A stretch of 64,000 nucleotides of DNA from Phycisphaerae bacterium (GTDB lineage Bacteria > Planctomycetota > Phycisphaerae > UBA1845 > PWPN01). The notes under the pieces are model-generated. The model was not told the DNA's origin. It saw nothing but the letters and a program-made list of their open reading frames with translations, and made no database searches. Every line of letters starts with the position of its first letter. The stretch's first letter is position 1. Made by a program: the position numbers and the translations under genes. Of this stretch, positions 24,799-34,564 are shown piece by piece. Location of the stretch: the NCBI GenBank assembly GCA_012729395.1, contig JAAYDF010000284.1, positions 2,441-66,440 on the forward strand. The letters are read 5' to 3'.

Positions 24799-25527
24799 CT
24801 ACGCGTTTTCGAGGTCCGGCTCGAACTCGGCGGAGGGCTCGATGGCGTTGAGTTCGCGGAGGGCGAGGTAGGCGGCCTTCTGCTCGGCCTCCTTTTTGGA
24901 GGGGCCCCAGGCGCTGCCGTAGCGACGCCCGCCGATGACCACGCTGATCTCGAAGCACTTGCTGTGGTCCGGGCCCTTCTCGTCCATGAGGTCGTACATG
25001 GGTGTGGCCGCCAGAACCCGCTGGGCATGCTGCTGCAAGCGAGACTTGTAGTTGCGCTGGTGCTCTGAATCGGCGGCCAAGGTGATGTGCGGGCCCATCG
25101 TCTCCAGGACAAACTGCCGCACCCGCTCGATATCTCGGCAATCGAGGTAGATGGCGGCGATGAGCGACTCGTAGACCGCGGCGGCCAGCGACTGCGGCAA
25201 CTGGGCTCGCCCGCACATTCCTTTTCCCAGGAAAAGGAACTTAGGCAACCCCAGCTCGCGGGCGATTTCGGCGCAGGTGCGGCGTGAGACCACGGCCGAC
25301 TTGACCTTGGTCAGCTCCCCCTCCAAGTACTCGGGAAACCGCTCGTAGAGCTCCTGGCAGACGATCATCCCCAGGATCGCATCGCCGAGGAACTCGAGTC
25401 GTTCGTTGCTATCAATGCGCGAATCGGTGCTGGACGCGTGCGTGAGGGAGACGGCCAGGAGATGAGGATCCTGGAATCGATACCCGATCGCCTCCTGCGC
25501 ATCCTGCAGGGCTTGTTCTTCGCTCAC
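24799..25527 (-). CDS. rnc: Ribonuclease III
   Basis: ERLEFLGDAILG signature plus a dsRBD (KSRLQQHAQR..GPSKKEAEQKAA). I prefer the GTG at 25527 (VSEEQALQDAQEAIGYRF) over the listed start at 25710. The 61 extra codons look non-coding. Confidence 0.9.
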   Translation of the reverse strand: MSEEQALQDAQEAIGYRFQDPHLLAVSLTHASSTDSRIDSNERLEFLGDAILGMIVCQELYERFPEYLEGELTKVKSAVVSRRTCAEIARELGLPKFLFLGKGMCGRAQLPQSLAAAVYESLIAAIYLDCRDIERVRQFVLETMGPHITLAADSEHQRNYKSRLQQHAQRVLAATPMYDLMDEKGPDHSKCFEISVVIGGRRYGSAWGPSKKEAEQKAAYLALRELNAIEPSAEFEPDLENA

Positions 25528-26069
25528 GATTGACCTTGACTTCGTCAACCGGCCGATGGCGAAAACCGCACGAACGCGGGTGCGATCTTCGCCGCGGGCC
25601 GGGGGTGGCTGACCGTTTGGACCTTGGAACGCCCACTTCGCCGTCCGGAGAACCGTTCGCACGGGCAAGAGCCAGCCGTCACCGGGCGGACAAGGATGAG
25701 GCCGTCGCAAGGGCGATCAGCGACCGCTGGATGAACACTTATCCATGTTATAATCGTCCCGACGGGTAGTCAAATTGAGTAAGCTGCGGGCTTTGGGAAA
25801 AAATGGCGTGCCCCGGGCCTCAAGCAGCCGATCTACAAGACGAGACAGCAAGGCAGCGAGAGGGCGGGAGCGCGGCTCAGCGAGGAGGCTTGCCTGGTGG
25901 TCGGAGAGCCGGAGGAATCCTCGTCCAAAGCTTCCCTACCGGTGAACCTCTTCGCGGCGCAGGCAGGAACGAATTCGCACGGGCCTTACTCCTGAGCCAC
26001 CAAGCCCGGTTGCGGGCAGGGGGATTCCCTTATAGAGTGCCGCCAACGGCATCAGCAGGGAGGATCGAT

Positions 26070-28001
26070 ATGTGTCGTATGGGCAGCACGGGCAGGGGTC
26101 TGGTGGTGCTGGCGGCGGTTGCGGTCGCCGCCTTGGCCGGCCGGGCACAGGCACAGATCGACACCTCACGGTACATGGCCCCCGACCAGCTACGGCGCGG
26201 CATGAAGGGTTTCGGACGCACCGTGATGGCCGGCACCGAGATCCAGACCTTCGATTTCGAAGTCATCTCGGTGATGAAAAACGCTTGGTACGCCGGGCAG
26301 GATGTCATCCTGGTCCGCTGTTCCGGGCTCAATCTTGAACACAGCGGGATCATCGGCGGCATGAGCGGCTCGCCGTGTTACGTCCGTGACGACGAAGGCC
26401 GGGAACGCATGATCGGCGCGATCGCCTACGGGTGGTCGTTCAGTAAGGATCCGATCTGCGGCGTTCAGCCGGTGACCCAGATGCTGCCCATTCAAGGTCT
26501 GCGTGACCCGCAGAATCAGCCAGTGCCGGCCAGCGGCCCCGCGAGAAGCGAGGTCGAGCAATCGGCGGCGCCGCCCGGCAGCGGCAGTGGGCTATCCCTC
26601 GGCAGGGTCTACGCCAGGGCCTGGGGCGAGCCGGTCCACGCTCACTCGCGATTCAGCATCTTCAACACCGACTCACCGGCCGACTGGACGACCGTAGACA
26701 GCCCGCCCCCCGCGGATCAGCTTCGCCCGCTGGCCGTACCGGTCATGGTCTCGGGAGCGACCGGCCGCCATTTGGGCCGGCTTGCCGAGCGCTTTGAGCA
26801 ACTGGGCCTGACGCTGGTCGCCTCGGGCGCCGCCGGTGGAGCCGACGCACCCGCCGCCGGGGTCCAACTCGAACCCGGCTCCGTCCTGTGCGTCGCGCTG
26901 ATGACCGGCGATATGAACATGCAGGCCCTGGGCACCTGCACCGAGGTGGTCGGCGATCGCGTGCTGGGCTTCGGACACTCGCTGTTCGGCAAGGGCTCCG
27001 TCGAGTTGCCGCTGGCCACCGGCATGGTGCACACGGTCATCCCCTCGGTCATGCGGTCCAACAAGCTGGGAGCCGCCCTCGAGACCGTCGGTACGCTATG
27101 GGGCGACGAGACGACCGGCGTCTTCGGTATCCGCGGCAAGGCCCCGTCGCTGACCAACGTCGAGGTCACCCTCCGCGATGTCCGCGCTGAGCGAACCTAC
27201 CGTTACCAGGTTGCCCGCGACCGGCTGATCACCGCCTTGTTGCTCAACATGGCTCTCAGTGAGTCCATCTATGCCCACAACTCGCTACCCGACGAGCACA
27301 CCGTCCGTTACAGCATTCAGGTGGACTTCGAGGGGTTGGGCACGTTCCGCACCGACAACTTCACCAGCCAAGTCGGCAGTATGGGCGTCGAGATGGACCT
27401 GTTGTTCCCCGTGCTGGCGATCACCAACACGCCCTACGGCGACGTGAAGATCACTCGAACCAAGGTGGACGTGAGCATTGAGCCGACCGCTCGACAAGCC
27501 CAGATCGATCGTATTCAATTGCCCCGCACGGTCTACAAGCCGGGTGAGACCATCGCCGCCCACGTCCGCTGGTTCCACTACCGAGGCCAGCCGGCCTATA
27601 CGGAATCCGTGTATCGGCTCACGCTTCCCGCGGACCTCCGGGATGGGGAATACGACCTAGCTATAGGCGGTGTGGAGGTGCACCTCAGTGCCTTGCGTCA
27701 AGAGAAGTCCTACCTATGGCGGGTTGAGAAGCTCAGCGAAATCCTGTCCACACTGAATCTGGTGGGCTCGTTCCCGGAGGATCGCCTGTACATGCGGCTG
27801 ACTTTGCCGGATGGCGGTTTAGCTGTCGGGCGAGTCGAGATGCCCGAGCTTCCCTCGTTCCGCCAGAAGATCGTGGCCGACGCCAAGCGAGGCGACGTCG
27901 AACCCTACCGCGAGGCCCTCGTGACGCAACATGAGACCGGGTTCGCCGTCCGGGGCGGGCAGACGTTTAAGATCAAGGTGCAGCAACGAGACGATTACTG
28001 A
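26070..28001 (+). CDS. Secreted SpoIVB/S55-like serine peptidase domain protein
   Basis: ATG at 26070 with AGGGAGGA upstream. Signal peptide LVVLAAVAVAALAGRAQA and a GIIGGMSGSPCYV serine motif. Long C-terminal region of unknown function. Confidence 0.6.
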   Translation: MCRMGSTGRGLVVLAAVAVAALAGRAQAQIDTSRYMAPDQLRRGMKGFGRTVMAGTEIQTFDFEVISVMKNAWYAGQDVILVRCSGLNLEHSGIIGGMSGSPCYVRDDEGRERMIGAIAYGWSFSKDPICGVQPVTQMLPIQGLRDPQNQPVPASGPARSEVEQSAAPPGSGSGLSLGRVYARAWGEPVHAHSRFSIFNTDSPADWTTVDSPPPADQLRPLAVPVMVSGATGRHLGRLAERFEQLGLTLVASGAAGGADAPAAGVQLEPGSVLCVALMTGDMNMQALGTCTEVVGDRVLGFGHSLFGKGSVELPLATGMVHTVIPSVMRSNKLGAALETVGTLWGDETTGVFGIRGKAPSLTNVEVTLRDVRAERTYRYQVARDRLITALLLNMALSESIYAHNSLPDEHTVRYSIQVDFEGLGTFRTDNFTSQVGSMGVEMDLLFPVLAITNTPYGDVKITRTKVDVSIEPTARQAQIDRIQLPRTVYKPGETIAAHVRWFHYRGQPAYTESVYRLTLPADLRDGEYDLAIGGVEVHLSALRQEKSYLWRVEKLSEILSTLNLVGSFPEDRLYMRLTLPDGGLAVGRVEMPELPSFRQKIVADAKRGDVEPYREALVTQHETGFAVRGGQTFKIKVQQRDDY

Positions 28002-28185
28002 TTGGGGCGAGGGGGGAATGCTGAAGGCTGAAGGCATTGGGGGGGATGGGATGTGACGAGAGAGTCGCGTGAGTGGGCTTGCCGCTTCGCGGGGTGAGCG
28101 AATCGGTCCTCCTCACGCGGTTTTTCGGAGCCGCAATAGCGGCGTCTGAAGGCTTTTTCGCAGAAGGAAAAGGAAACCCGCACCG

Positions 28186-30495
28186 ATGAAGCGATCATGG
28201 TTGAATCTACTATCGTGGGCGAGCCTGGCGGTGGTGGTCGGGCCGGCCTGGGCGGTCAAGCCCGAGTTCTGGACGCATGAGCAGCCGAGCGACTTCACCG
28301 CCGCCGAACTGGATAACATCGTCATCACCAACCAGGGCGAGGTGCGTCTCGGTCGCAAGAGCGAGACACTGCACGCACCCGGCCAAGAGGCGGAAGTCAT
28401 CAACGCCATCGCCCGGGCCGGCGACGGCAAGATCTACGCCGCGTCCGGGCCGCGGGGCATCATCTACCGCATCGACGGGGATAAGGTGACGCAGTTCGCG
28501 ACCTTGCCGGACGGCGGGACGATCTTCTCTCTGCTGTTTGCCCAGGATGGCAAGCTGCTGGCGGGCACAGGCGGCGGACCGCAGGCCCGCATCCATCTCA
28601 TCGACGGCAACGGCAAGGTCTCGTTGTTTTACGAGCCCCCGGGTGCCCGGTACATCTGGTCGATGGTCCGTGGGCCGGCGGGAGAGATTTATGTCGCCAC
28701 CGGCGTCGAAGGGAAGTTGTTCGTGGTCAACGCCGACGGCACCAACGGGCGACTGCTCGCCGACCTCAAACCCAAGAGTCTGCTCTGCCTGGCATTCGGG
28801 CCCGACGGATCGCTCTATGGGGGCACGGACGAGGATGGGCTGGTCTATCGGATCAACCCAGCCAGCGGCAAGTGGTACGTCCTTTACGATGCCAAGGAGC
28901 CCGAGATCAGCGCCTTGGTCGTGGATGCGGCCGGCAACGTCTACGCCGCGACGGCTTCGGCGGAAGCGGCCCGGCCCGGCCGGACCGTCGCCGACACCCC
29001 GGGCGGCAAGCCGGACCATTCCGCGTCCGCCCCCGCGACCCGTCCCGCGTCGGATACCGCCCCCGGTACGGCGCCCGGTACGAACCCAGGTCAGCCACCA
29101 GCCTCCGGAACGGGCGCTGACGACGAGGACGACGACGAGAAAGAGGCCAAGCAGGCGATCATGCAAGCCATGGGCATGCCCAAGAACCTCGGGCGAGCCG
29201 TGCCGGCCGGCCCATCCCCCGAAGGCGGCAACGCCATCTACCGCATCGACATCGACGGGTTCGTCACCGAGGTCTTCCGCGAGCCGGTGATGATCCTCGA
29301 CATGACCGAAGCCGACGGCACCATCCACGTCGCCACCGGCAACGAGGGCCGCATCTACGCCATCAATCCGATGGACGAGCGGACCACCATGATCGCCCGT
29401 CTCAAGGCCGAGCAGGCCACCTGCCTGCTGCGCCTGCCTCGCGGCGAGTTGATTCTGGGGACCGCCAATCCCGCCACCCTCGTCAAGCTGTCCGACGGGT
29501 TTGCCCCCAAGGGTACGTTGACCGCCAAGCCGCTCGATGCCGGCCAGATCGTCAAGTGGGGCCGAGCCAATTGGACCGCCACGATTCCCGAGGGCACCCG
29601 GTTGACCATCGCCACGCGAAGCGGCAATGTTCAGGATGAGAAATCCGACGCCTGGGAGGAATGGTCCGGCGAGATAGACGCGACCGCTCCGCAACAGGTG
29701 GCCTCGGCCGGAGCGCGTTTTCTGCAATATCGGCTCACGTTCGAGAGTACGGTGCCTCGCGCATCGGCGACACTTCGCAAGCTGACCATCGCTCGCATCG
29801 AGGAGAACCGGCCTCCGCAGATCACCGAGCTCAAGGTGCTCTCGCTCAGTGACGCGGCCAAGGATCCGTCGAGCCCGCCGAAGGTCAAGGGCATGATGGC
29901 CGGCAGTATGATGGGCGAAGGGGACGGCCAGGCTCCGCCCGGCCGCCAGCGGGTCGTCATGTGGAAGGCCGATGACCCCAACAAGGATACGCTGCTTTAC
30001 GAAGTCTTCACCCGCGAGGTCGGGCAGCAGCGATGGATCCGCATCGCCAAGGATCTCAAGGAGCCCTTCCACGTCTGGGATACGCAAACGGTTCCGGACG
30101 GCCGACACGAGATTCGCGTGACCACGACGGACGCTCCCAGTAATCCGCCGGGCACCGAGCTGTCCGCCGCCCGTATCAGCGATGCCATCGTGGTGGACAA
30201 TACCCCGCCGGACGTGACCATCGGTGCCGTCGCCATGGAAGGCCGTACCCGAGCCACAGTCAACGCCACGATGGTCGATGCCTTGTCGAACATCGCCGAG
30301 GCCAGCTATACCATCAATAGCAGCGACAAATGGATCCCGCTGACCGCGTTGGACGACATTTTTGACTCGCCCAGCGAGGCGGTCTCGTTCACCATCGACG
30401 ATTTGACACCGGGCGAGCACCGCATCGCCCTGCGTGTCCGGGACGCCCAGGGCAACACCCGCTACGTGACCCGCACGGTGACCGTGGGCGATTAG
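28186..30495 (+). CDS. Secreted beta-propeller repeat protein
   Basis: 769 aa. Signal peptide MKRSWLNLLSWASLAVVVGPAWA. Repeated DGKIYAA / AGEIYVATG / DGSLYGGT / AGNVYAAT blades, with a low-complexity Pro/Ala/Asp linker. Confidence 0.6.
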   Translation: MKRSWLNLLSWASLAVVVGPAWAVKPEFWTHEQPSDFTAAELDNIVITNQGEVRLGRKSETLHAPGQEAEVINAIARAGDGKIYAASGPRGIIYRIDGDKVTQFATLPDGGTIFSLLFAQDGKLLAGTGGGPQARIHLIDGNGKVSLFYEPPGARYIWSMVRGPAGEIYVATGVEGKLFVVNADGTNGRLLADLKPKSLLCLAFGPDGSLYGGTDEDGLVYRINPASGKWYVLYDAKEPEISALVVDAAGNVYAATASAEAARPGRTVADTPGGKPDHSASAPATRPASDTAPGTAPGTNPGQPPASGTGADDEDDDEKEAKQAIMQAMGMPKNLGRAVPAGPSPEGGNAIYRIDIDGFVTEVFREPVMILDMTEADGTIHVATGNEGRIYAINPMDERTTMIARLKAEQATCLLRLPRGELILGTANPATLVKLSDGFAPKGTLTAKPLDAGQIVKWGRANWTATIPEGTRLTIATRSGNVQDEKSDAWEEWSGEIDATAPQQVASAGARFLQYRLTFESTVPRASATLRKLTIARIEENRPPQITELKVLSLSDAAKDPSSPPKVKGMMAGSMMGEGDGQAPPGRQRVVMWKADDPNKDTLLYEVFTREVGQQRWIRIAKDLKEPFHVWDTQTVPDGRHEIRVTTTDAPSNPPGTELSAARISDAIVVDNTPPDVTIGAVAMEGRTRATVNATMVDALSNIAEASYTINSSDKWIPLTALDDIFDSPSEAVSFTIDDLTPGEHRIALRVRDAQGNTRYVTRTVTVGD

Positions 30496-30686
30496 CGGCG
30501 GCACCGTCCGGACTCAGGCCCATGGCAAGCGCCTCCGGGCCCGACAAGACGAACTCCTTCTTCGGACACTCGGCCGCCGGGCTACTCAACCTTGAGCCGG
30601 CCGGTTATCATGACTCCGTTGGCCGGGACGCCGGGCCGCAAGGGGTGGCGCCCGTCCCGGTCGCGGGTTCCTGGACCGGAGTTCCC

Positions 30687-32465
30687 ATGCGTTCACAGCG
30701 TCGACACTCGAACCTGACCGGACTGGCCTGCCGGGCTTTCGCCCTGGGAGCCGCCAGCCCGGCCTGGGCCTGGGCCGCCCCGCCTCTGGCCCAGGTGCCC
30801 GAGCCTGGTGGGTATGTCAGTTGGATCCGCGTCGTGCTGATCCTGGTGATGATTCTGCCCTGGTTGGCCTTCTGTCAGTGGGTGGACCAGGACACCCGGT
30901 ATGTCCGGCGGATCAACCGGGAGATGTGGAACGGCATCGTGCTGGGCGGCGGGACGGTCGGGCTGATTGTCTGGCTGTTCATGCCTTGGCAGACCGCTGG
31001 GCTGTTCGCGGCGGGCTTCGGGCTGTGGCTGGTGATCACCGCCGGTACCTGTGCCGTCTACGTCATCGTCCGCAACAACATCGTGGACCCGACGGCCCGG
31101 GTCTTCACCCCGCGGCACATCAAGGGCTGGTATGCCAGCTTGGGCAAGAAGAAGGAAGAGCGGCGGGCGATCATGGAGCGGGTCAAGTTGACGACCCACA
31201 GCGGCGGCAAGGTGCCGGTCCCCGACGACCCCTCCAAAGCGGAGCCCTACGAGGCTGCCCAGACCATGCTCTACGATGCCCTGTGGCGACGGGCCTCTGA
31301 AGTCGAGATGGTCGTCACCCGCAACGCGGCTCGGCTCGCCTATCGGGTAGACGGCGTCGTCACCCCCCGCCACGACCTGCTGGATCGCGACAACGCCGAC
31401 CGGGCCTTGCTCTTCATCAAGGAGATCGGCGGCCTGGATCTCGCCGAGCGACGCAAGCCCCAAGCAGGCAAGATTCGCGGCTCCATCGGGGGCAACCGGG
31501 GCATGATCGACATCGAGGTCCGCTCCAGCGGCACGACCGAACACGAGCGGCTCAGCCTGCGAATCGTCGGTGACGAAACGCGCCTGCGACTTCACGATCT
31601 GGGCATGGATGAAGCCATCTTGGAGCGATTCGAGAAGCTCATGGCCGAGCCCGGCGGGCTGATCTTGATCAGCGGCCCCAAAACCAGCGGGGTCACCACC
31701 ACCCTGTACGCCTGCCTGCGAAACCACGACGCCTTCATGCAGAACCTGCTGACGCTCGAACGCGTCCCGCTCATGGAGCTCGAGAACATCACCCAGCACC
31801 TGTACGATCCGACCAAACACGAGGGCAGCTTCGCCCGACAGCTTCAGACCGTGCTGCGCCGCGAGCCCGACGTTGTCCTGGTCAGCGACTGCCTCGACCG
31901 CGAAACCGCTCACCTGGCGGTCAAAGCCGCCCAGGACGGCAAGCGGATCTACCTGGGTATCCAAGCCAAGGACAGCTTCGACGCTCTCAAGAAGCTCATC
32001 AGTCTGGCTGGTGACACGGACGGCGTCGCCTCCACCCTGCGGGGCATCACCGGACAACGCCTCATTCGCAAGCTGTGCATCGCCTGCCGCGTCAGCTACA
32101 AGCCCGACGTTCAAATCCTCAAGAAAGCCAACCTGCCGGTGGACAAAATTGACCAGTTCTACCGGCCGCCCAAACCCGAGGAGATGGTCGACGAGAAAGG
32201 CAACCCGCGGGTCTGCCCAAATTGTCAGAACAGCGGCTACTTCGGACGAGCCGGACTCTTCGAGCTCCTGGTGGTGGACGACCCGATGCGGGAACTCATC
32301 CGCAACGGCCAACCGGTCAACAACATTCGCGCCCAGGCCCGCAAGGGAAACATGCTTTACCTGCAAGAGGTCGGCGTGCAGAAGGTCATCCAGGGCGTCA
32401 CCGCTATGAACGAGATGCTCCGGGTACTCCGCGACGACGACAACACCGTCAGGAAAGGTGGGTGA
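30687..32465 (+). CDS. Membrane-anchored GspE/PilB-like protein with degenerate ATPase motifs
   Basis: ATG at 30687. The N-terminal region has several hydrophobic helices. The GspE-like core keeps CIAC..CPNC but reads GPKTSGVTTT in place of Walker A GPTGSGKTTT. It also reads SDCLD in place of GEIRD, and GIQAKD in place of the His box. Confidence 0.7.
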   Translation: MRSQRRHSNLTGLACRAFALGAASPAWAWAAPPLAQVPEPGGYVSWIRVVLILVMILPWLAFCQWVDQDTRYVRRINREMWNGIVLGGGTVGLIVWLFMPWQTAGLFAAGFGLWLVITAGTCAVYVIVRNNIVDPTARVFTPRHIKGWYASLGKKKEERRAIMERVKLTTHSGGKVPVPDDPSKAEPYEAAQTMLYDALWRRASEVEMVVTRNAARLAYRVDGVVTPRHDLLDRDNADRALLFIKEIGGLDLAERRKPQAGKIRGSIGGNRGMIDIEVRSSGTTEHERLSLRIVGDETRLRLHDLGMDEAILERFEKLMAEPGGLILISGPKTSGVTTTLYACLRNHDAFMQNLLTLERVPLMELENITQHLYDPTKHEGSFARQLQTVLRREPDVVLVSDCLDRETAHLAVKAAQDGKRIYLGIQAKDSFDALKKLISLAGDTDGVASTLRGITGQRLIRKLCIACRVSYKPDVQILKKANLPVDKIDQFYRPPKPEEMVDEKGNPRVCPNCQNSGYFGRAGLFELLVVDDPMRELIRNGQPVNNIRAQARKGNMLYLQEVGVQKVIQGVTAMNEMLRVLRDDDNTVRKGG

Positions 32466-32471
32466 TAGACC

Positions 32472-34472
32472 ATGTGGTTCTCCCTCTTCGCCATCGTGCT
32501 GATCCTCGCCATGACCTTCTTCCAGGGTTTACAGGGCCTGTTCAGTGCGCTCATCACCTGCATACTCACCGTTCTGGCCGCCGCCCTGGCGTTTGGACTC
32601 TACGAGGATCTCTACTTCGGCCAGTTGATCCGCTTCCAGCCGGACCACGGGCGAAGCATCGCCCTGGTCGGCATCTTCATCATCGGCCTCCTGGTGCTGC
32701 GCGGCCTGTTCGACGCGATCATCAAGGGCAACATGCATTTTCCTCTCTATGTGGACCGCATTGGGGGCGGCGTCGTGGGCTTTGTCAGCGCCCTGATCAC
32801 CGTCGGCGTGCTGGCGGTTGGGGTACAGATGTTGCCGTTCGGCACGTCGTTCCTGGGATTCAGCCGCTACGAGCTGGTCGATGAGCAGGAGCGAGCCGTC
32901 GCTCCCCCCGAAGATGCGGACCAGGAAGCCATCCGCACCTTTCGCTCGAGGATCGATTACCGAACGGTGAAGCACCGCCGCCGCAGCCTGGCGGGCTTCT
33001 TCAACCCCGACGGTTTCGCGGCCGGCATCGCCTCACACCTCTCGGCCAATGCTCTGCAGGGCCGCAATCAACTCTCCGCCGTGTATCCCGATCTGCTGGG
33101 CAGCATATACAACGCCCAATCGGCGCACTTCAACGCCTCGCGTATCGCGGTGCCGTCCGATTCCCTGCGCGTCGAGGCCTGGTGGTTCATGCCCAACAAG
33201 AGCCCCATCGATTCGCTCCACGATCGTGTCCCGGTCGAGACCCCCGAAGGGCAAGGCAAATCGGGGCAGCGTGGACCTGGATCCACGCTGGTCCGCCTGG
33301 AACGCATCAAAACCGAGGCGGGCGCCGGCCCCGAGCAGCGGTACATCGTCGTGCGGGTCAATCTTAACTCGGAGGCCCGAGACGAAGACAACCACCACCG
33401 GTTCACGACTGAGCAGGTCCGCTTGGTCGCTCGCGTCGGCAAACCCGGAGAGGTCCGCGAGTTCTTCCTCGCGGGTATCAACCACGCTTTCCAAACAGCC
33501 AACAGCCACGATCAAGCTCAGCCCCGATGGGTGAAACTGTATCGTGGAGAGAGTATCGCCCGCCAAAATGAAAGCGGCGGTCTCAACCTCGACTGGGTGT
33601 TCGCGGTGCCGCAGACACCCGATTTCACGCCTCTGTTCGTGGAGTACAAACAGAACGCGCGAGCGGCTCTGTCCCCGGCACAAGACAAGAGCAATGAGCC
33701 ACAGGTTCCGACCCCCTTGAAGCCGCCCGCCAGGAAGGCGAAACCAGGAGAGGAACCGCCTCAGGAGCCCGCGCCGCCGCAGCCTTTTGACAACAAACCC
33801 AGCGCGGACGCATCGCCATCCCCCCAACCGCAACCCTCTACGCCGCGGCCCGGATCGCCGCAGCCCTCAACGCCTCGCCCGGGTGATCGCATGCAGGATC
33901 GCGTTTCCGGCATCGGCCCCACCCGCGAGGGCATCTTCAGCACCCGCCTGCCCTTCACCCTCACGGACTACGGGGCCAGCAGCCTGGAACTGGGCGGCGG
34001 CGTGTTACGAGGCGGGCACGTCTGGGCCAACCTGGACGACAACTGGAAGCCGCTCTCGGGCAGCCGCGGCCCGATTGAGACATTCGAAGAGCCGCCCGGC
34101 ATAAAGCTGTTGCAGATCAGCGTGGAGAAACTGCAGCCGGCAAGCTGGATCGGCGGGATCCTGGGCACCGCCATCGACAACATTCAGGATTTCTACCTGG
34201 TCGACGAGGGAGGCAAGAAATTCATGCCTGTCGGGATGTACGCGGTTGCCATGGCCGGCGGCCGGCCTACCATCGAGATACGATTCCTTGACGACATCGC
34301 CCGCGGCATGGCCCGACTGCCCAAGTTCGAACGCATCCGCCCACGCGACCTCCAGGGCGACTACGCCCTCTTCTTCCTCTTCCACCTTCCGCCCGGCACG
34401 CGCCCCGTGCACATCCACACCGGCCGCACCAACGTCGATCTCCGCGACTTCAACCTCGTCGCCCCCAACTGA
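32472..34472 (+). CDS. CvpA-like membrane protein with long extracytoplasmic C-terminal region
   Basis: 666 aa, starting 6 nt after the upstream stop. The N-terminal four hydrophobic helices (MWFSLFAIVLILAMTFFQG...) resemble the CvpA family. There is a Pro-rich segment with a duplicated PQPSTPRPG. Confidence 0.6.
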   Translation: MWFSLFAIVLILAMTFFQGLQGLFSALITCILTVLAAALAFGLYEDLYFGQLIRFQPDHGRSIALVGIFIIGLLVLRGLFDAIIKGNMHFPLYVDRIGGGVVGFVSALITVGVLAVGVQMLPFGTSFLGFSRYELVDEQERAVAPPEDADQEAIRTFRSRIDYRTVKHRRRSLAGFFNPDGFAAGIASHLSANALQGRNQLSAVYPDLLGSIYNAQSAHFNASRIAVPSDSLRVEAWWFMPNKSPIDSLHDRVPVETPEGQGKSGQRGPGSTLVRLERIKTEAGAGPEQRYIVVRVNLNSEARDEDNHHRFTTEQVRLVARVGKPGEVREFFLAGINHAFQTANSHDQAQPRWVKLYRGESIARQNESGGLNLDWVFAVPQTPDFTPLFVEYKQNARAALSPAQDKSNEPQVPTPLKPPARKAKPGEEPPQEPAPPQPFDNKPSADASPSPQPQPSTPRPGSPQPSTPRPGDRMQDRVSGIGPTREGIFSTRLPFTLTDYGASSLELGGGVLRGGHVWANLDDNWKPLSGSRGPIETFEEPPGIKLLQISVEKLQPASWIGGILGTAIDNIQDFYLVDEGGKKFMPVGMYAVAMAGGRPTIEIRFLDDIARGMARLPKFERIRPRDLQGDYALFFLFHLPPGTRPVHIHTGRTNVDLRDFNLVAPN

Positions 34473-34564
34473 GCTCCCCCCGTCGCGTCCTCATCTGCCG
34501 CGCTTGAACAAACACACACGATGTGCCAGGATACCCGCGTCTTGTCCCTGAAGGAGGATTCGCT

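Noticed and set aside
28210-30504. 764-aa minus-strand ORF
   Set aside because: It is the antisense shadow of the beta-propeller gene. The composition is typical of high-GC antisense frames (runs of G, R, D, L, V) with no signal or domain pattern. The same reasoning was applied to 30693-32366(-), 33033-33833(-), 34574-35620(-), 36031-37614(-), 37696-39429(-), 39947-41098(-), 41105-41890(-), 44820-45887(+), 46081-47859(+), 47816-48916(+), 53964-55190(+), 56760-57905(-), 58048-58986(-), 62179-63216(+), 12244-13512(-), 5087-6304(+), 19197-20066(+) and 20688-21335(+).
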